A stretch of DNA of 64,000 nucleotides, taken from assembly GCF_910592395.1 (NCBI RefSeq), contig NC_088308.1, positions 1,054,001-1,118,000 of the forward strand. Direction: 5' to 3'. Below are positions 27,701-40,700 of the stretch, in pieces. Each line of letters begins with the position of its first letter. Positions within the stretch are counted from its first letter, which is position 1. A model generated the notes under the pieces. It did no database searches. It saw nothing but the letters and a program-made list of their open reading frames with translations, and had not been told where the DNA came from. Both the position numbers and the translations under genes were made by a program. This stretch comes from Lineus longissimus. Lineage: Eukaryota.

Positions 27701-29902
27701 TTGCAAGGAACCTGGGCCAAATCCACTGTCTGTGACAGTGAACATGTATGGGTATAGGACTAGTGTGAAGAGGGTAATACCCAACAGAATGAATCATGTT
27801 GTTTTCTTAGCACTTAAAATAAATGGCACATTTTGTTGAAATATCTGAGTTGCTTCACCCTGTTTTTAAGTAACGTGTCTTATTCTTCTTCAATGTTCAC
27901 CCTGCACTTGAAGGTGTATTCTTCCTCAGAGCATGGAGGTATATTATTTATACCTCCATGCTCAGAGGCAGGATGAGCGTTTTTATGTGCCACAGCGGTT
28001 GGGCACCAGTTTGGTGACTCCATCCTCGGCCAGAGGTAGAGTCCACACAAGCCAGACATGTTTCTCACTTGGTTGGGTCTTTTCCTGCCCTGGCATGGAC
28101 ACCAGATGCGAAGGACTGTATAGAACCAATTAGTTCCCTGAAAGCCAAGCCAGAAATACAATCCTTGTTTTTCCCCGGGATCGAACCTGGGCCATTTTGC
28201 GTGGCAGCCAATAATGTTAAAAGACTATGAGGCTTCTCATTGAGTAACATGACTTCTTGTCACATCAGATGTACTGTGTGGATTATATCATTCAACCTTG
28301 TCAGCTGCTGCCCACTTTTGGACTGACAGAGTCATTGTTAATGTGCTACATGTATTTACGTCCATCTTATGTTTTTACAAGTGAGTTGAAAATTTAGGTG
28401 CCATACATGCTGTAGTTCTGTTTGAAATTATTTTTATTTGTCAGTTAGTGGCTTAACATTATTGTAAGGTACAATATAGTTGGTGTGTTTCTTTTGCATC
28501 ATGAACTGCACTGTTCATTGTGCACTGCTGAACCTATATGGTATTCTGTTGGAGATATTTTTATTTGAAAATGCTGTGTTCTTTTAGCTGAAGAAATGGG
28601 CTGAATTCTTGGTAACTTTCATCTTCTAATAATTCTTTTCATTCTATATTAGACTCATTGAATTGCTTCACTAGGTTTTGGTACTTTGTCCCAACGTGTA
28701 TGTTTTGAAATTTACTAACTCTGTTGTCCTGTTGATGGTTATCAAAGCTTGTCAATGTTCACGTGCACTCTCTCTTCAACTCATGCAAAATAAATGAGGG
28801 CTTCAAGTGAAGCTTTCATACTTGAGTTAAAGAGTTGGAGTGGTACTTTCTTAATTACTATTCAGTTTTAACAACACCAGTGTTTTGTTCTCCTGTATTT
28901 AAACTTGTATTTATTGGAATGTTATTTACTAACTTTGTCATTAGATACATGTATACGTTTAAACTGTTCTTGTGATCTTATTATGAGAGGAGACCAATCC
29001 TTTCTGAAATTAACCAGGTTTTTCAAGATTTGTGGTTTGGCAGTGGCTCCTTGTTTATACATTGAGGATGAAGTGATATATGCTATTGAAGTAGGATGTG
29101 GTGGGGTTTCAATAGAGGTTCTTCCTATGGCATATTAAGGGATCCTGGATCAGGGTCATAGCCTTCAGCCAGTCTGTAGAAACACACGCTAGCCATGGGT
29201 TCTAAGCGAGCCTTCATCATGGCCATTGTCTCTTCTTCTACCTTGGTCTTCATTAACATATCATTAACAATGTACACTATTTCAAATATCTAGTCAGAGT
29301 TGTGAAATAAAAGGATGTGAAAGTTGTGTTCTTCCCCAAAACATTCCGGTTTTCAATACATGAGTGTTTTCTAGTCTCAGAGTAATGCACAGGTAATTTG
29401 AATGGTCAGATAATGGGCATGGGTTGCTGACATTAACAATGATTACACTTTGGGTGTAATCTGTAATGTGTACTTGTTTCATACTGTGACTGTATGATAA
29501 GAGGTACAATTTCTATCAATGAGTTGTGCCTAAAATGAAATAGTGTTCTGATTTCAGGGCGCTATTGTACGGTTTCCTGTTGTACATGTAATGGAAAAGA
29601 ATGCTGCACATGCAATAAAGTAAGTATCTGAATATAAACAGATGTGCATTGTATATGGTAGATTTGTATGGATTTTAGTCCCAGAACTTCCTCTGAATAA
29701 CGAGGTTAAATTTGTTCCTCAGTTCTTTTTTAAATGAGTAATAAACTTGATTTCTTTGTCCCAGTCTGTAAGATGACTAATTCATTACATTCCATTGTTT
29801 CAGAAACCCGTTGAAATAGAAAAAGATTTGACGGAAAGGAAACCGTTTCATACTGGAGAAACAAATACCAATACCGGTACCACATCAAATTCAAATTGTT
29901 GA
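18757..29902 (+). CDS. Type I membrane protein with 10 sushi/CCP domains and a Cys-rich cytoplasmic tail
   Basis: Signal exon 18757-18874 (alternative ATG 18808). CCP exons 19138-19308, 19614-19799, 20289-20483, 20786-20870+21390-21499 (split), 21707-21880, 22393-22575, 23726-23899, 24121-24300, 24954-25124, 25582-25758; each CCP has the 4-Cys plus Trp pattern and phase-1 borders. TM exon 26780-26881 (IAIGIGTCIGALIIVGLVIFLI). Tail exons 29558-29619 and 29804-29902. The two ends of the model are less certain than the CCP exons. Confidence 0.85.
22803..22925. mobile_element. Degenerate palindromic MITE (intronic)
   Basis: About 40-bp imperfect inverted repeats ATACTGTGTAGATGCTATTTAGCCAGTT... 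/ ...AACCGGCTTAATAGCATCTCCGCAGTAT. Confidence 0.6.
23302..23479. mobile_element. Tc1/mariner (pogo/Tigger-like) MITE
   Basis: TA|CAGTAGAACCTC...GAGGTTCTACTG|TA, with internal repeats of AGAGAGGTGTCC. Confidence 0.85.
26973..27161. mobile_element. Non-autonomous DNA transposon with 4-bp AAAT TSD (Sola1-like)
   Basis: AAAT|GTGACCCACCACAGCAAAATGAGTTGCATGTCGC ... GCGACATGCGACCCATTTTGCCGTGGTGGGTCAC|AAAT. The superfamily call rests only on the AWWT TSD. Confidence 0.7.
28166..28210 (-). pseudogene. tRNA-like 3' half (pseudo-tRNA or SINE head remnant)
   Basis: Minus strand CTGCCACGCAAAATGGCCCAGGTTCGATCCCGGGG resembles the tRNA-Gly(GCC) anticodon arm and T-loop/B box. No recognisable 5' half. Confidence 0.35.
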
Positions 29903-31627
29903 GTTCTGAGGCACAAATGGCAACCTATGTTTTGGTAGTAAACATGGGAATATTTCTGTTGGCCTCCGGGGGAGGTGGGGACATCAGGAGGTCGAGAATA
30001 CTCGTTTTTGTTTGCAGATTCATGCTGAGGTATACCTTTCAAAATATGTATGGTTTATTGGTATAACATATATCTCGAAAAAAGTTCCATGCTTGGTTAA
30101 AAAAAGCTTTAAACCTCAACGAACAACCTTGGCAGAAAGAGGGTTGAAAAGGCTGAAATTAATGTACATGTATATAAAATATAAAAATAAACCATTTGTG
30201 AACTATAATTAGGGCGCAAAATTACCCCTCCTTGAGGCTACTGTAAAACCAACATTCATATCGCAAGTTGACAGTACGAAACATCCAGTGAATGGTTCTC
30301 CTTTGGGAAAGACGTGTGATGGTTGTACTAAAGTATGTATCAGACCTGAAGGTAATCAATCATAGTGGGTGTAAGACGCATGTGTACAGTATTTGGTGCG
30401 TTGGCTATTCCGTCCTCCTTCATTGACTCCACCTGAGACGTTTGACGTATGTTCAACGTCCCCTCAAAGAAGTCGAGGGTCATTTTTTTAAACTCGACCT
30501 AGAAATGTGTTTATGATGTGATATTTATGCCCAGAAATGTATGAATACTGGTTGACATTTGTGATGATCAGCTGGAAAACAGCTTAGTTGAATTCTTGGT
30601 CTTTCAAGTCAAAGAATCAAGTACTGTGTGGTACTGTAGGGAGAAGTTGTCATTGAATTTTATCCTGTTCAGTTCTCGATGTAATTTATGTAAATTGGAC
30701 AGGGGCAGAGATAGGACATAAGTATACATCACTTTGAAAGGCAGGATATGTTGCAAACCTGAGGTGGATGATTTTGCTCGAATCCCAAACGCTTTGCATT
30801 GTTTTATGTATGTTCATGTTCAAGTGTTTGCCTGTAAATAAATACCGGTATAAACCTAAGCTATCATGTGCATATTTTTATTTTTATTTGGAGTAAGACG
30901 AATTTCTGCCATCCATCATTAATCAATTGTTTCTGTGTTCTGCAATATTCCAGAACATTTTCACTACAACATGATGCTTGTTGTTAGTCAACACTTCGTT
31001 CATCTATTCAGGCATACAAATGTAGTGATGGGAGCTAGCTAATGTATTTGAATTGAAAATTTTGTTGTTTTAAGTGGACCTGATCAGAAGTGGCGTGTTT
31101 TATATATCTAATAACTTCCATCATTTAAACTGAAAATTGGTTAGGAGCTTTTCCAATTTTCAAGATAAGTAGTGCCACTTAATAGGTCATGCTGGCTCCT
31201 GACTGAGTTCTTAGTTTGCCAGTTTGTTTGCTTTTCAGTGTAAATTGTACACAACTATACAGCATTTATTACTTTCCTCCGCTTGATAAATACAAAAATG
31301 GTTGACGTTACTATCTAGCAACTTTAAACCTGAAGTCATTTCCGGCTTGTTAGTTTCACAAGTTCTTAGTGTTTGTTCAAGGATAAGATTTATGCAGTTC
31401 TTCAATTATCGTTCAGATGTTTCCTTTGGATTGTTAATCTGCTGTTTTCATGGACAGAATATGAAAACCTTTATTCAACCTCGATCAAATTGTGTGACTT
31501 TCTTAGGATTTTTTGCTTCGGGTTACTTATAACAAATTTAGTGATCAGCTGGAGCGGCATGTAAATTTTCAATGTAATCGGATACATGCATTTCCGGGGG
31601 AATGCACTTGGAGTAAGAAGTTTTATA

Positions 31628-31679
31628 CAGGGTGGCCCAGAATTATTGTTGCAAGGTGAAATAATTCTGGGCCACCCTG
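31628..31679. mobile_element. 52-bp minimal Tc1/mariner-type element
   Basis: TA|CAGGGTGGCCCAGAATTATT-12 nt-AATAATTCTGGGCCACCCTG|TA, a perfect 20-bp TIR. Confidence 0.8.
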
Positions 31680-34081
31680 TAGAGTGACCTGCTAGGATGT
31701 ATGTATCTCATCCATTTATCCAATGTTTGTATTTATCCTTGAAGGTTTTGTTCAAATTGTATTGTGGTTTTTGTGTATGTTTTGAGTGTTGAGCAAAAGC
31801 ATATTGTGTATTTTGTATAAGATCCTGTTGCCTGGTAATTTCACATAAGGATTAGGATATCAAAGATTTAGATCATGGTATTCAGTATTCAGCTTTTGAG
31901 ACATTTCTTTCATATAGCTGTTGTTTTAGGGTAACGTCATCTGGCTGTTTGTGCTTTCGTCTTCAATCTACCCTGACAGAGACCGTCATGTCGCTGTCAC
32001 TTGAGAAAGTGGAGGAAACTGATTGAGGATCGAACCCAATGATCTCATACTCAGAAGTGACAGGTGCGGATGTCTACTTGGAAATATGTCTCAATCATTT
32101 CATATTGCCTTGAGTAGCACCACCTTGAGTGATTTTTTGCAAAAGCTCTTGTATTTGCCAAAACTGTAGAACATCGTTGCATATTCCAGACAGTTTCCAA
32201 ACAGGAGAGAAACATGTTCGTGGTGTCTTAAGCTGCCAACCAATATTCAACATTCTTGATCGTGTTTCTTTCCAGAGCATTGGTAGATATTTGGATAGCC
32301 AGCAGTGAAATTCCTACGTAGAATCACCTTTTTTATGCCAATTTCATACAGATTCATCATCTCTTTATATCGAGTTCATGATTAATTTAATTTCATGTAA
32401 ATGCATGTCAAACATGTTACATGTCATAAGTAGCTCCAATAAATACTGCTTTCTATTTGAAATTTTCTGTTTTGTCTTTGGTTTTTTTGCTTAGCCCAAG
32501 GCCTTGGGAGAGTTACAGGGAAAGCTTCAGTGGGCTCCCAGTCAATCACGGAGGATCAATTGCCAGCATTCAATGTGTGGCTGTGCTTCGGTATATTGAT
32601 TGTACCATCTTTGCCACATCAGTCAAATGTTCAAGGAATGCATTCATATTAAGGTTGCCTGGCGTATCTCTCTGGGAAGGAGCAAAACAAGAGAAATGGA
32701 GCCCACTCGCCAGTGCGAGGGACCATCCCACCTACCTTGGTACTGTCACACTGCAGGCATTACTCTCTTCAACTCCAATGAAGCGAGCTCTCGTCCTGCA
32801 TAACCACCTCTTGTCCACTACCACCTTGTGAAATCATTGGTGGCAAAAGCTGCCGAGCGTTTATTTGGTCATCCCACTGGTTGTGCCAAGCAAGGCATTT
32901 TCAATCAAGGTCATCTCACTGGTTGTACCAGCATCTTTCTGCCCTCGAATGAACCACCGAGCAGTTGAATGTCTCCAGCTTGTGATATTTACTGACTTAT
33001 AATGATCCAGGTTCATTCCAGGTATAATTTATTGACAATAAATAGCAATCTTTAAAATCAAACCACATAATGTGTACACACAAAGGATGGGAAATCTCAT
33101 CATCATCGAAAATTGATAGTGATAAAGACTTGTTTCAAAGTACAAATAAGTGAACCAAAAAACCCAACTTTTACGGTGTTTGTGCTTGGCTGGTAGTCTC
33201 AACAAACCAAGATGCTGCTTCAAACCAATCACAGTCAATGACCACCTCATAGGCCTACACGGCATTGCATCAGAATCTCTCAGAGAATAGAGAGATGAGC
33301 ACAGCTTTACTACAATAACACAGCGCTGTCAACAGTGGAATTTGTAAATGCGAGAGTTCCAGGCTATTGCTACTCTCAGTAAAAGTGATTACTGTGAAAC
33401 TACATGCATGACATTAGTTTACATCAACCATATGGTATTGAGCTACAGAGGACAGCATTGATGACCAAGTTGTTTTCTTTTAAATACTGATGGATGGAGA
33501 TATAAAAACTATAAGATATGTATCTGAAACATTAACATTGGCAATAAATATATCACATGGACGGAAATGTTAACAATGAAGGTTTTTGCTGCTTGAGTGT
33601 CAGACAAAAACATTTACATGAGATTATCTCCGACAATTAGAAGTTTCAACAGAGGATGACAGACATTTAGGACAATAGACAGAGATGGTTTAGGCAAAAA
33701 TCCGGACATTCTGGTTTTCAGATTGATGACAGATCTTGACCATTCCCAATCAAGTGGCCCACACACAGCCTTTTGGGTCTGTGCATGTAAGAGTGATGTG
33801 AAGAGAGACCTTGATGAGACAAGATGCAGCAGCTCTCATGTAGTCACACAGTGAGCACTGTACTCTACTTGTCAGAAGGATGGCAGATGATCCTCATACC
33901 ACTCTTCAAGTGTCAACAACCATATTACATCTCTGAGTTGAAGAAGTCATGACTAATCCTCTTCACTTCCGTCATACTCAAAAGTCACTTTCCTTGAGAT
34001 CAATACCTCTGCTGACCACTCAACACAGGCCACTTGGCACAAAACATACAGATTAAAGTGAATTTGCTGACATCACTTGCT

Positions 34082-36474
34082 TCAACTCTGAGCTTTCTGA
34101 TCAGCAATTGCCCTTTCTAGTTCAGCAGACTTTTTCTTGTCAATCACTTCCATTTCTCGAATAAGCTGAAAACCAGAGGGAATGTGCATAAGTTACCGAC
34201 ATCAATATGGATGTACAATAGTTACTGTGGATTTGAGTTGCACAAGGCTAGAGTCGTCACAAAAAGGAAGGTTGAGTTGTTCGACATGCCCCTGGTGAGG
34301 ACATTTTGATGGCATATTATATCTAGTCCCCCGATTTCATTCGTCAATATGCTAAGTTTAAGACCTGGATCAAAAGGATGTAAAGATTTTCTTCTCTTGT
34401 ACATCATTCCAAATACTCCAGTCTATTTCCCAATCAGCACAGCAACATAAGTTATGTCCTTTCATCATGAGAGGCATCACCACGGAAATATGGTGAATAA
34501 ATGAGGTGTTTACCTGTGATATCTCTGTATCAACCACCTGTCTATGTTTGTCTGCCTGTCCAAGGCGCTCCATCTGGTCCATAAATGCTCTCCTTTCATC
34601 AATTTCCGCCAAAACTGCAGATAGAAATATATTGATATCCATCTAATTCACCTTACAAGAAAGAATGATTCAAAGGTATTTTTACATGTACAATGTATAC
34701 AATATACATGTATATGTAAACTTCAAATTCAATCTGTATCTGCATGAGCAAGAAATTGTGGATAGGCTCTGTGCATACATTAATGAAGCTACTCTCCATG
34801 ATACAATAGTATCTACAGGCTATCCTGTCAATCCAAACATATACTTATCATCAAGAGGTTGTACACCAAAACTGAACTTTTCACAAATAGAGGAAGTTGT
34901 CACAATTACAAAGACAGTAGAACAGTAAAAAGAGATGATAATCAATATTTGAAGACTTTCACTTACTCTCATCAAATCTCTCTTTTTCTTCCTGGGTTTT
35001 TTCTTCTTGTTCCTTTTTCTTTTTTCCCAGTTTACTCTTGTCGATTGGGGGCAGGTCGTGTCCATATTGCATAATGTAAGTCAATCTTTCTTTTTCTCTT
35101 TTAGAATAACCAGCTGAAATGATATGTTGGCCCAGATAAAGTGACACGTAGCTAAAATAACTTGTTGCATAATCGATAAAGTGATTTTGCTTCATTCAGA
35201 TGCAAGATGGAGAGAAAAATAGGATATTTTTCTATTGATAGACTTGACAATGTAAGCCAACACCCACACACACAAATACATTTTAGGTTCGATAGCAACC
35301 ATCACACTCTATTAGTTTACACGTACGTTTGACTGGTGGATTATATTCTGGTCTTTCATAGGCTCCACTGTCTTCTATCGTATCCTTTGACCGGATTCCA
35401 CCACTGTACGTCCTGGAAAATAGGCAAACATCTAAAAGCTATATTTTTATAGTAACATTGCAGCAGAGGCAGCCATATCAACTGCTTGGTTGCAAGAGGA
35501 CTCCACAAAAACAGGAGTCTGATGTTTAGATGTAGCGGGGCAGGAAGCAGCATCTACAGGTACTTAACTCTCAGGGACCTCTTTAGGACAACATCATCAG
35601 GCAGTACCAAGGGAGACAGAGAGGTTCTACTGTACTTTTGTTTACATACATGCACTCATGATGTCTTTGGCATAAGGTTACAAAGACTGAAAGAGTGATG
35701 TGCCAGTATCGGTGATGCCAGCAGACAACCAGTCAAAGAGCCCATACTCATTGACACAGAATTGGGTTTCACACTCACTTTGGATTGATTTTTTTACTTG
35801 GAGCTTTTACCACAACTGGCTCTTTAGTTTTTTCAGTAAATGTTGGTCCACATTTTGTTGGAAGAGATTGTCCAGCTGGAAAGAAAATGAAAGTCAGAAT
35901 ACAAAAAACTGATGGATGTGTAATTGTTTGTTTTAGCTGTTTGAAAATGAATATTATCTATATTGGTAGCTTCGACTTTCAATCTTAGGGTTGTATATAC
36001 TATAGGCCTACTCACTTTTCATTTTTGATTGAAGCTCCCTCTGCTGGAAGTTTGTCAATTTGGATTCTTTCATCATTTCTGAAAAAAGTTAAAAAAGAAC
36101 AGATATAAATCTGCACTGCAACAACACCAAACATTGCAAAGCATTAGTTTGTAGCAAGACAGCCAACTGTTCAAGTGGTCACACCAACCTAGATAACACT
36201 AGGTCAGGGTAGGGCCTATCAACTGTCGTTGAAAATACATGATGAACAGGAGGACATGTTAGTTGTTACTTTAAAGGCCACAATTATGACAATAAAAATG
36301 GTTAGATTTCTCTCCTTAAAAAAACGAAAGGCAATAAGTGGACATCTGGTTTATGAAGGCTAGTTGACGGCGTTAACCTTTTAAAAGATTTTGAGTTTCT
36401 TTGCTGTAATTAGCCTGCGGCGAGCTCCAAAACCCCCCTTCTTGAGGCTGGAGCTGTCTTCCCCTGTCAGCCAT
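34082..36474 (-). CDS. C22orf23: UPF0193 protein EVG1 (C22orf23 homolog), 7 coding exons
   Basis: Exons 36474-36378, 36078-36016, 35875-35779, 35412-35327, 35113-34967, 34614-34514, 34165-34082, all GT-AG and in frame. Motifs YSKETQNLLKEMMKESKLTNFQQR, SGAYER, EKERL, RFDEILAEIDERRAFMDQMERLG, TEISQLIREME. Minus-strand AATAAA near 33028-33033. Confidence 0.9.
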
Positions 36475-36547
36475 TTTGATGCTTTTCACGAAACTATGCA
36501 GACTTTGTTAAGTCAGGTTTGATTGGCTGTTAGCCGTCGCGTAGCAC

Positions 36548-36984
36548 GGCAGGATCTATTCTACAGACCAAAGACTTTACAGACTTCGTTTTTTGGCTCT
36601 CACTTTTTTATTAGTGGAGATTTTCATAAAATCTAAAGTGATATTAAACTAGAAACGGTTTCCGCATATGCTCAGAAAGTATCACCCTTCACATAAAAAA
36701 CTTAATCTTTTATTCAAAAAGTGTTTTTAAAATAGGCCTATCTTAATTTGCCTTTGAAGTTGGTCTGTTTTTTCTTATTTAGAATTCTGAGAATTACAGA
36801 CATTTATTTCTTCAAAATCAAGGTACTAAAATTTAATTTTGTTCAAAAATTTCTTTCTGCGCATATGCGAAAACCGTTTCTGGTCTAATATCACTTTAGA
36901 TTTCATGAAAATCTCCACTAATAAAAAAGTGAGAACCAAAAAACGAGGTCTGTAAAGTCTTTGGTCTGTAGAATAGATCCTGCC
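36548..36984. mobile_element. Non-autonomous Mutator-like element (MULE), 437 bp
   Basis: About 130-bp near-perfect TIRs starting GGCAGGATCTATTCTACAGACC. Exact 9-bp TSD GCGTAGCAC at 36539-36547 and 36985-36993. Confidence 0.9.
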
Positions 36985-37068
36985 GCGTAGCACAGCCAAT
37001 CAAAGAGCGCAATCACTAGGAAGTGATCTGGGGTTTCCCAATTTTTGTCATGCCTGAAAAGAATTGCG

Positions 37069-37652
37069 GTTGTTTGCTCCCTGACCTTTTCGCTCCCAGT
37101 CGTTTCGCTCAAATCGAAGTCGTTTCGTTTCCTTGGATTGAGAAAGTACCCCAGGAAAGAACAAGTGGCAAAGAAGGCCTACCTTTGATAAAACAAAACA
37201 AAACAGTGTTCCTCTGTCAAGTGATATTGTCTAAAGACATGTAGGCCTAGTATTTGTTGAAGTGCACGGTAGAAAAACCCAAACTGGCCAAAGGAACAAA
37301 TCTGAAACTTCCGCCCCACCCTGGGATTCGCTCTCGTCACGTCATGAGCATAATGAAATGTAACTTTGAACTGCAAGAAAAGACAAGACAAGTGACTCGC
37401 CGAAGATCACCGGCCAAACCATTCCTTCTTTGTATAGCTGCTAGGCCTATTTGACAACCCTTGAAAGCACATCATCTCTGACACTTGTTTTCCAGCACAT
37501 GGCGTGAATATATCTGTACATGTGGAGCTTATCTATGAATTTCAACAAATCTAAATTTTAATTCATTGTACCGGGGTACTAAAGAGAGCGAAACGACTTT
37601 GATTTGGAGCGAAACGACTGGGGGCGAAAAGGTCAGGAAGCGAAACAACAGG
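37069..37652. mobile_element. Older foldback/MULE-like element with GTCGTTTCG subterminal repeats
   Basis: About 85-bp imperfect inverted repeats (CCTGACCTTTTCGCTCCCAGTCGTTTCGCTC / GAGCGAAACGACTGGGGGCGAAAAGGTCAGG). No TSD resolved. Confidence 0.65.
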
Positions 37653-37709
37653 ATAGGGTACCTGAAAAACATGAAACATCATCTTTTTGGTGGAAATTAG
37701 CATCTAAAA

Positions 37710-40700
37710 ATGCCAGGCGTTGTGATGTTTAAGCGCCGATGGGGCATAGGAAGTGATGACTTGGTTTTCCCTGGAATTGGTGAAATAATATTCCGATTTT
37801 TGTGGTAAGTAGCTTGAAAAAATATGACACTGAAAATCAAAAATGTCAAAATGAAAAACTGTCTACTCTTAGCATGCAGTGTCTCTGTCTTCAACCTCAG
37901 GCTCCTCAACTCGGCAGAGCAATTGCCAATGACTGATCAGTCTTCTCTTTCCTAGCCGTACTTTGCCAGTGGCAGTGGGCACTGCCTAGTCACCGGCACG
38001 CCCCCTCTTGATAAAAACTTGACAGACTACATACATGGCTAAGATGGAAGTAACTTCTCTCCACTCCAGACTCATTGAATTACGTCCAATTATAAATCCA
38101 TAATACAATGCTGGTGTACTGCTTATGACTAAAATGTAGCCAAAGCATAAACAAGTCTACTCTTCTCTTTCAGGTTAATAGTCTTGGCAGTAGTCTACCA
38201 AATCCATAAGGAATCATTCTCTTGTGAGAAGGGACTTTACCTGCAGGTCTTCTACATCGGTTTGATAGTCATTACATGTCTCAGTATTCTCATTAACAAG
38301 TGGATCGTATACACAAGTACCAGGGGAACCATTGCTAATGTTGAGCCAAGAAAGTGGCTACCTAAGATCTTGTATCTAAAACTAGCCTTGGGAGTGTTTG
38401 TGGAATTGGCTTGGATTCTCCTCGGGACGTACTTCGCATTTGGAGATACGTCAATGTGTGACAATCAAGTTGTATTGACCATGAAGATTGCGGTGGTGAC
38501 CGAGTGGTTTGTTGCCGTGGTTGCGATTGTAGGGATCATCATCATCTTTGATCCTTTAGGAAAGCGGGATCTTTCAGAGACCGAGAGGGATTTTCAAAAC
38601 GCTGCTAAGATTTGGGAAAACAGGTACATGTACATGTGAAGGCTGATCATGTACATTTTGTATATGTATTAATGTATTTTCTGCCTTGCCCTTATAAACG
38701 CATAATAACTTGATGGTCAGTGGAATGGCCGTATGCCTCAAAATGTAACATGGAATATGCATTTTGTGCCCCACTTAGGACTGTAAAGTAACTGAGCCCC
38801 TCCCCCCTCAAAAAACCTATCCTAACTATAACTCTGCTGCAAATTTATCATGCGTCTGTTTACAAATTGTAAACATGTTTGTCTACACGTGTAACTTCCT
38901 CTAGACTAATTCTAATTCATCACCCTAATTTGATTGTTGATCTGTGATCTGTTATTTCAATCTGCCTGTCTATAGAGCTGTTGTTTTCTTTTTTCCAGAT
39001 GTAAGATAATCTGTTGTTGTGTGGCTAGAGATGACCATAGTAAAGGAGCCCTAACAGAAATTGCTCAGATGTTGTCAGATTTCTTCTTGGTAAGTTGATC
39101 AACAAACATTTTGACGTGTCTAAATAATCTGAAAAAGTCTTCATTTTGTACTTGTAACATCTCATTTGTGAAAATGCTTATGCCCAAATTGTTTTTTTCA
39201 GGGCATTGACTTTGTCGCAACTGATATTGCCGCTGGTTTGATTCTGGTGCAGCTTGACCAGGAGAGGCAAAAGATAGATCAAGAGCTGACAGCTGTTCTT
39301 ACGCCTGAGCTTAGACTGGCTGCGACTAGCATAAACGAAGGTGTCCAAACAGGTGTCACAGGACAAAATGATTGGTTGAACCTACACCGTGTTACACACT
39401 TTATGAAGTTTGCGTTGTCAGTCTATGGATGGCCGATGTACATGTTCAGTAATCTCTGCTGTGGACCTTGCAAATTGTGGCCCAATCTGAGGTATGAGTA
39501 CAACTCTTTTCAGATATAAAAATCTCTGAAGTACATGTAAATGCTAACAGCTACATAAAATATTGCCAGTGGACATAATCTAATACATTATTCATTTTAT
39601 TGCCATGTCAGGTTTTCACTCACTCATAGCATACTTAATCCAATTCTGTCTGTTACAGTTGCTGTACTGGATGCTGCGGACGTCCCCAAGCAAACGGCGT
39701 TGTCATTGACGACAACTGTTGCCAGTGCAACATGGCTGCCATCAAGAAAACTCTTGGGATCAACGACTGTGATATTTTACATGCGTCCTTTCATAATAAG
39801 GTATCTTCATTGGTAGATCACTGAGTGATCGTACAAAATGTACGAATCATGAATACGACATAGGCATAGTCTATCAGCAGGGTCAGTGGAAATGTAACAG
39901 TGGAGTCGTCGAGAAAAGTCTTTTAAGTACTTTTTCTCACAGCTTTAGTTTGGAATACAGTATCATTTCCTGAGCATTCAAAGTGTTTAATTTGTTCCAA
40001 ATGATTGACAAATATGTGAAATATCTTGATCAAAAATATTTTCAGATCTTTGAGATTCCATTCTTCGTAGGCATAGATCATCACCATAAATCCATAGTAG
40101 TAGCAATAAGAGGAACCCTATCTCTGAAGGATGCATTGACTGATATGACAGCTGAGAGTGAGCATGTGGAGATTGAGGAGCTGCCCGATGCCCAAACTGA
40201 GGCCCACAAGGGCATCATGCAGGCTGCCCACTTTGTCTCCAGGAGGCTTGATGAGTTGAAGATTCTTGAACAAGCCTTTGAACAGTATAAGGTGAGACTG
40301 TTGAGCATCCAGAGCAGGGTGCGGTGTGTGTCCGATTTGGTGTCTTGTGTATACGATATCAGGCTTCTTCACATGGAGCTGCATTCAGCACAATGATTCT
40401 TTCTGCAAGCCTTCGAGCAGTTAATTTGTTGCAGCTCTGATTGAAGCGGTCTTGGGAGAATCTGCTGCACCAGAGACAAATAGCAGTAGTTCATAGTCTT
40501 AACGTAAGACATGGTATCATGTTTTGCCTTTTCTTATAGGATTATCAGCTCGTTATAACTGGACACAGCCTCGGAGCTGGGGCTGCTGCATGTGCATCAG
40601 TACTACTCCGACCTAAATATCCTAACCTAGTCTGCTATGCATTTTCTCCTCCTGGAGGACTGTTGAGGTAGGTACTTATGCCCAGCCAGCCTGGGTTAGT

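Noticed and set aside
32590..32720. Possible decayed LINE 3' fragment on the minus strand (FSCFAP..LPREIRQAT..NAF)
   Set aside because: Needs frameshifts and is too short to support without an alignment.
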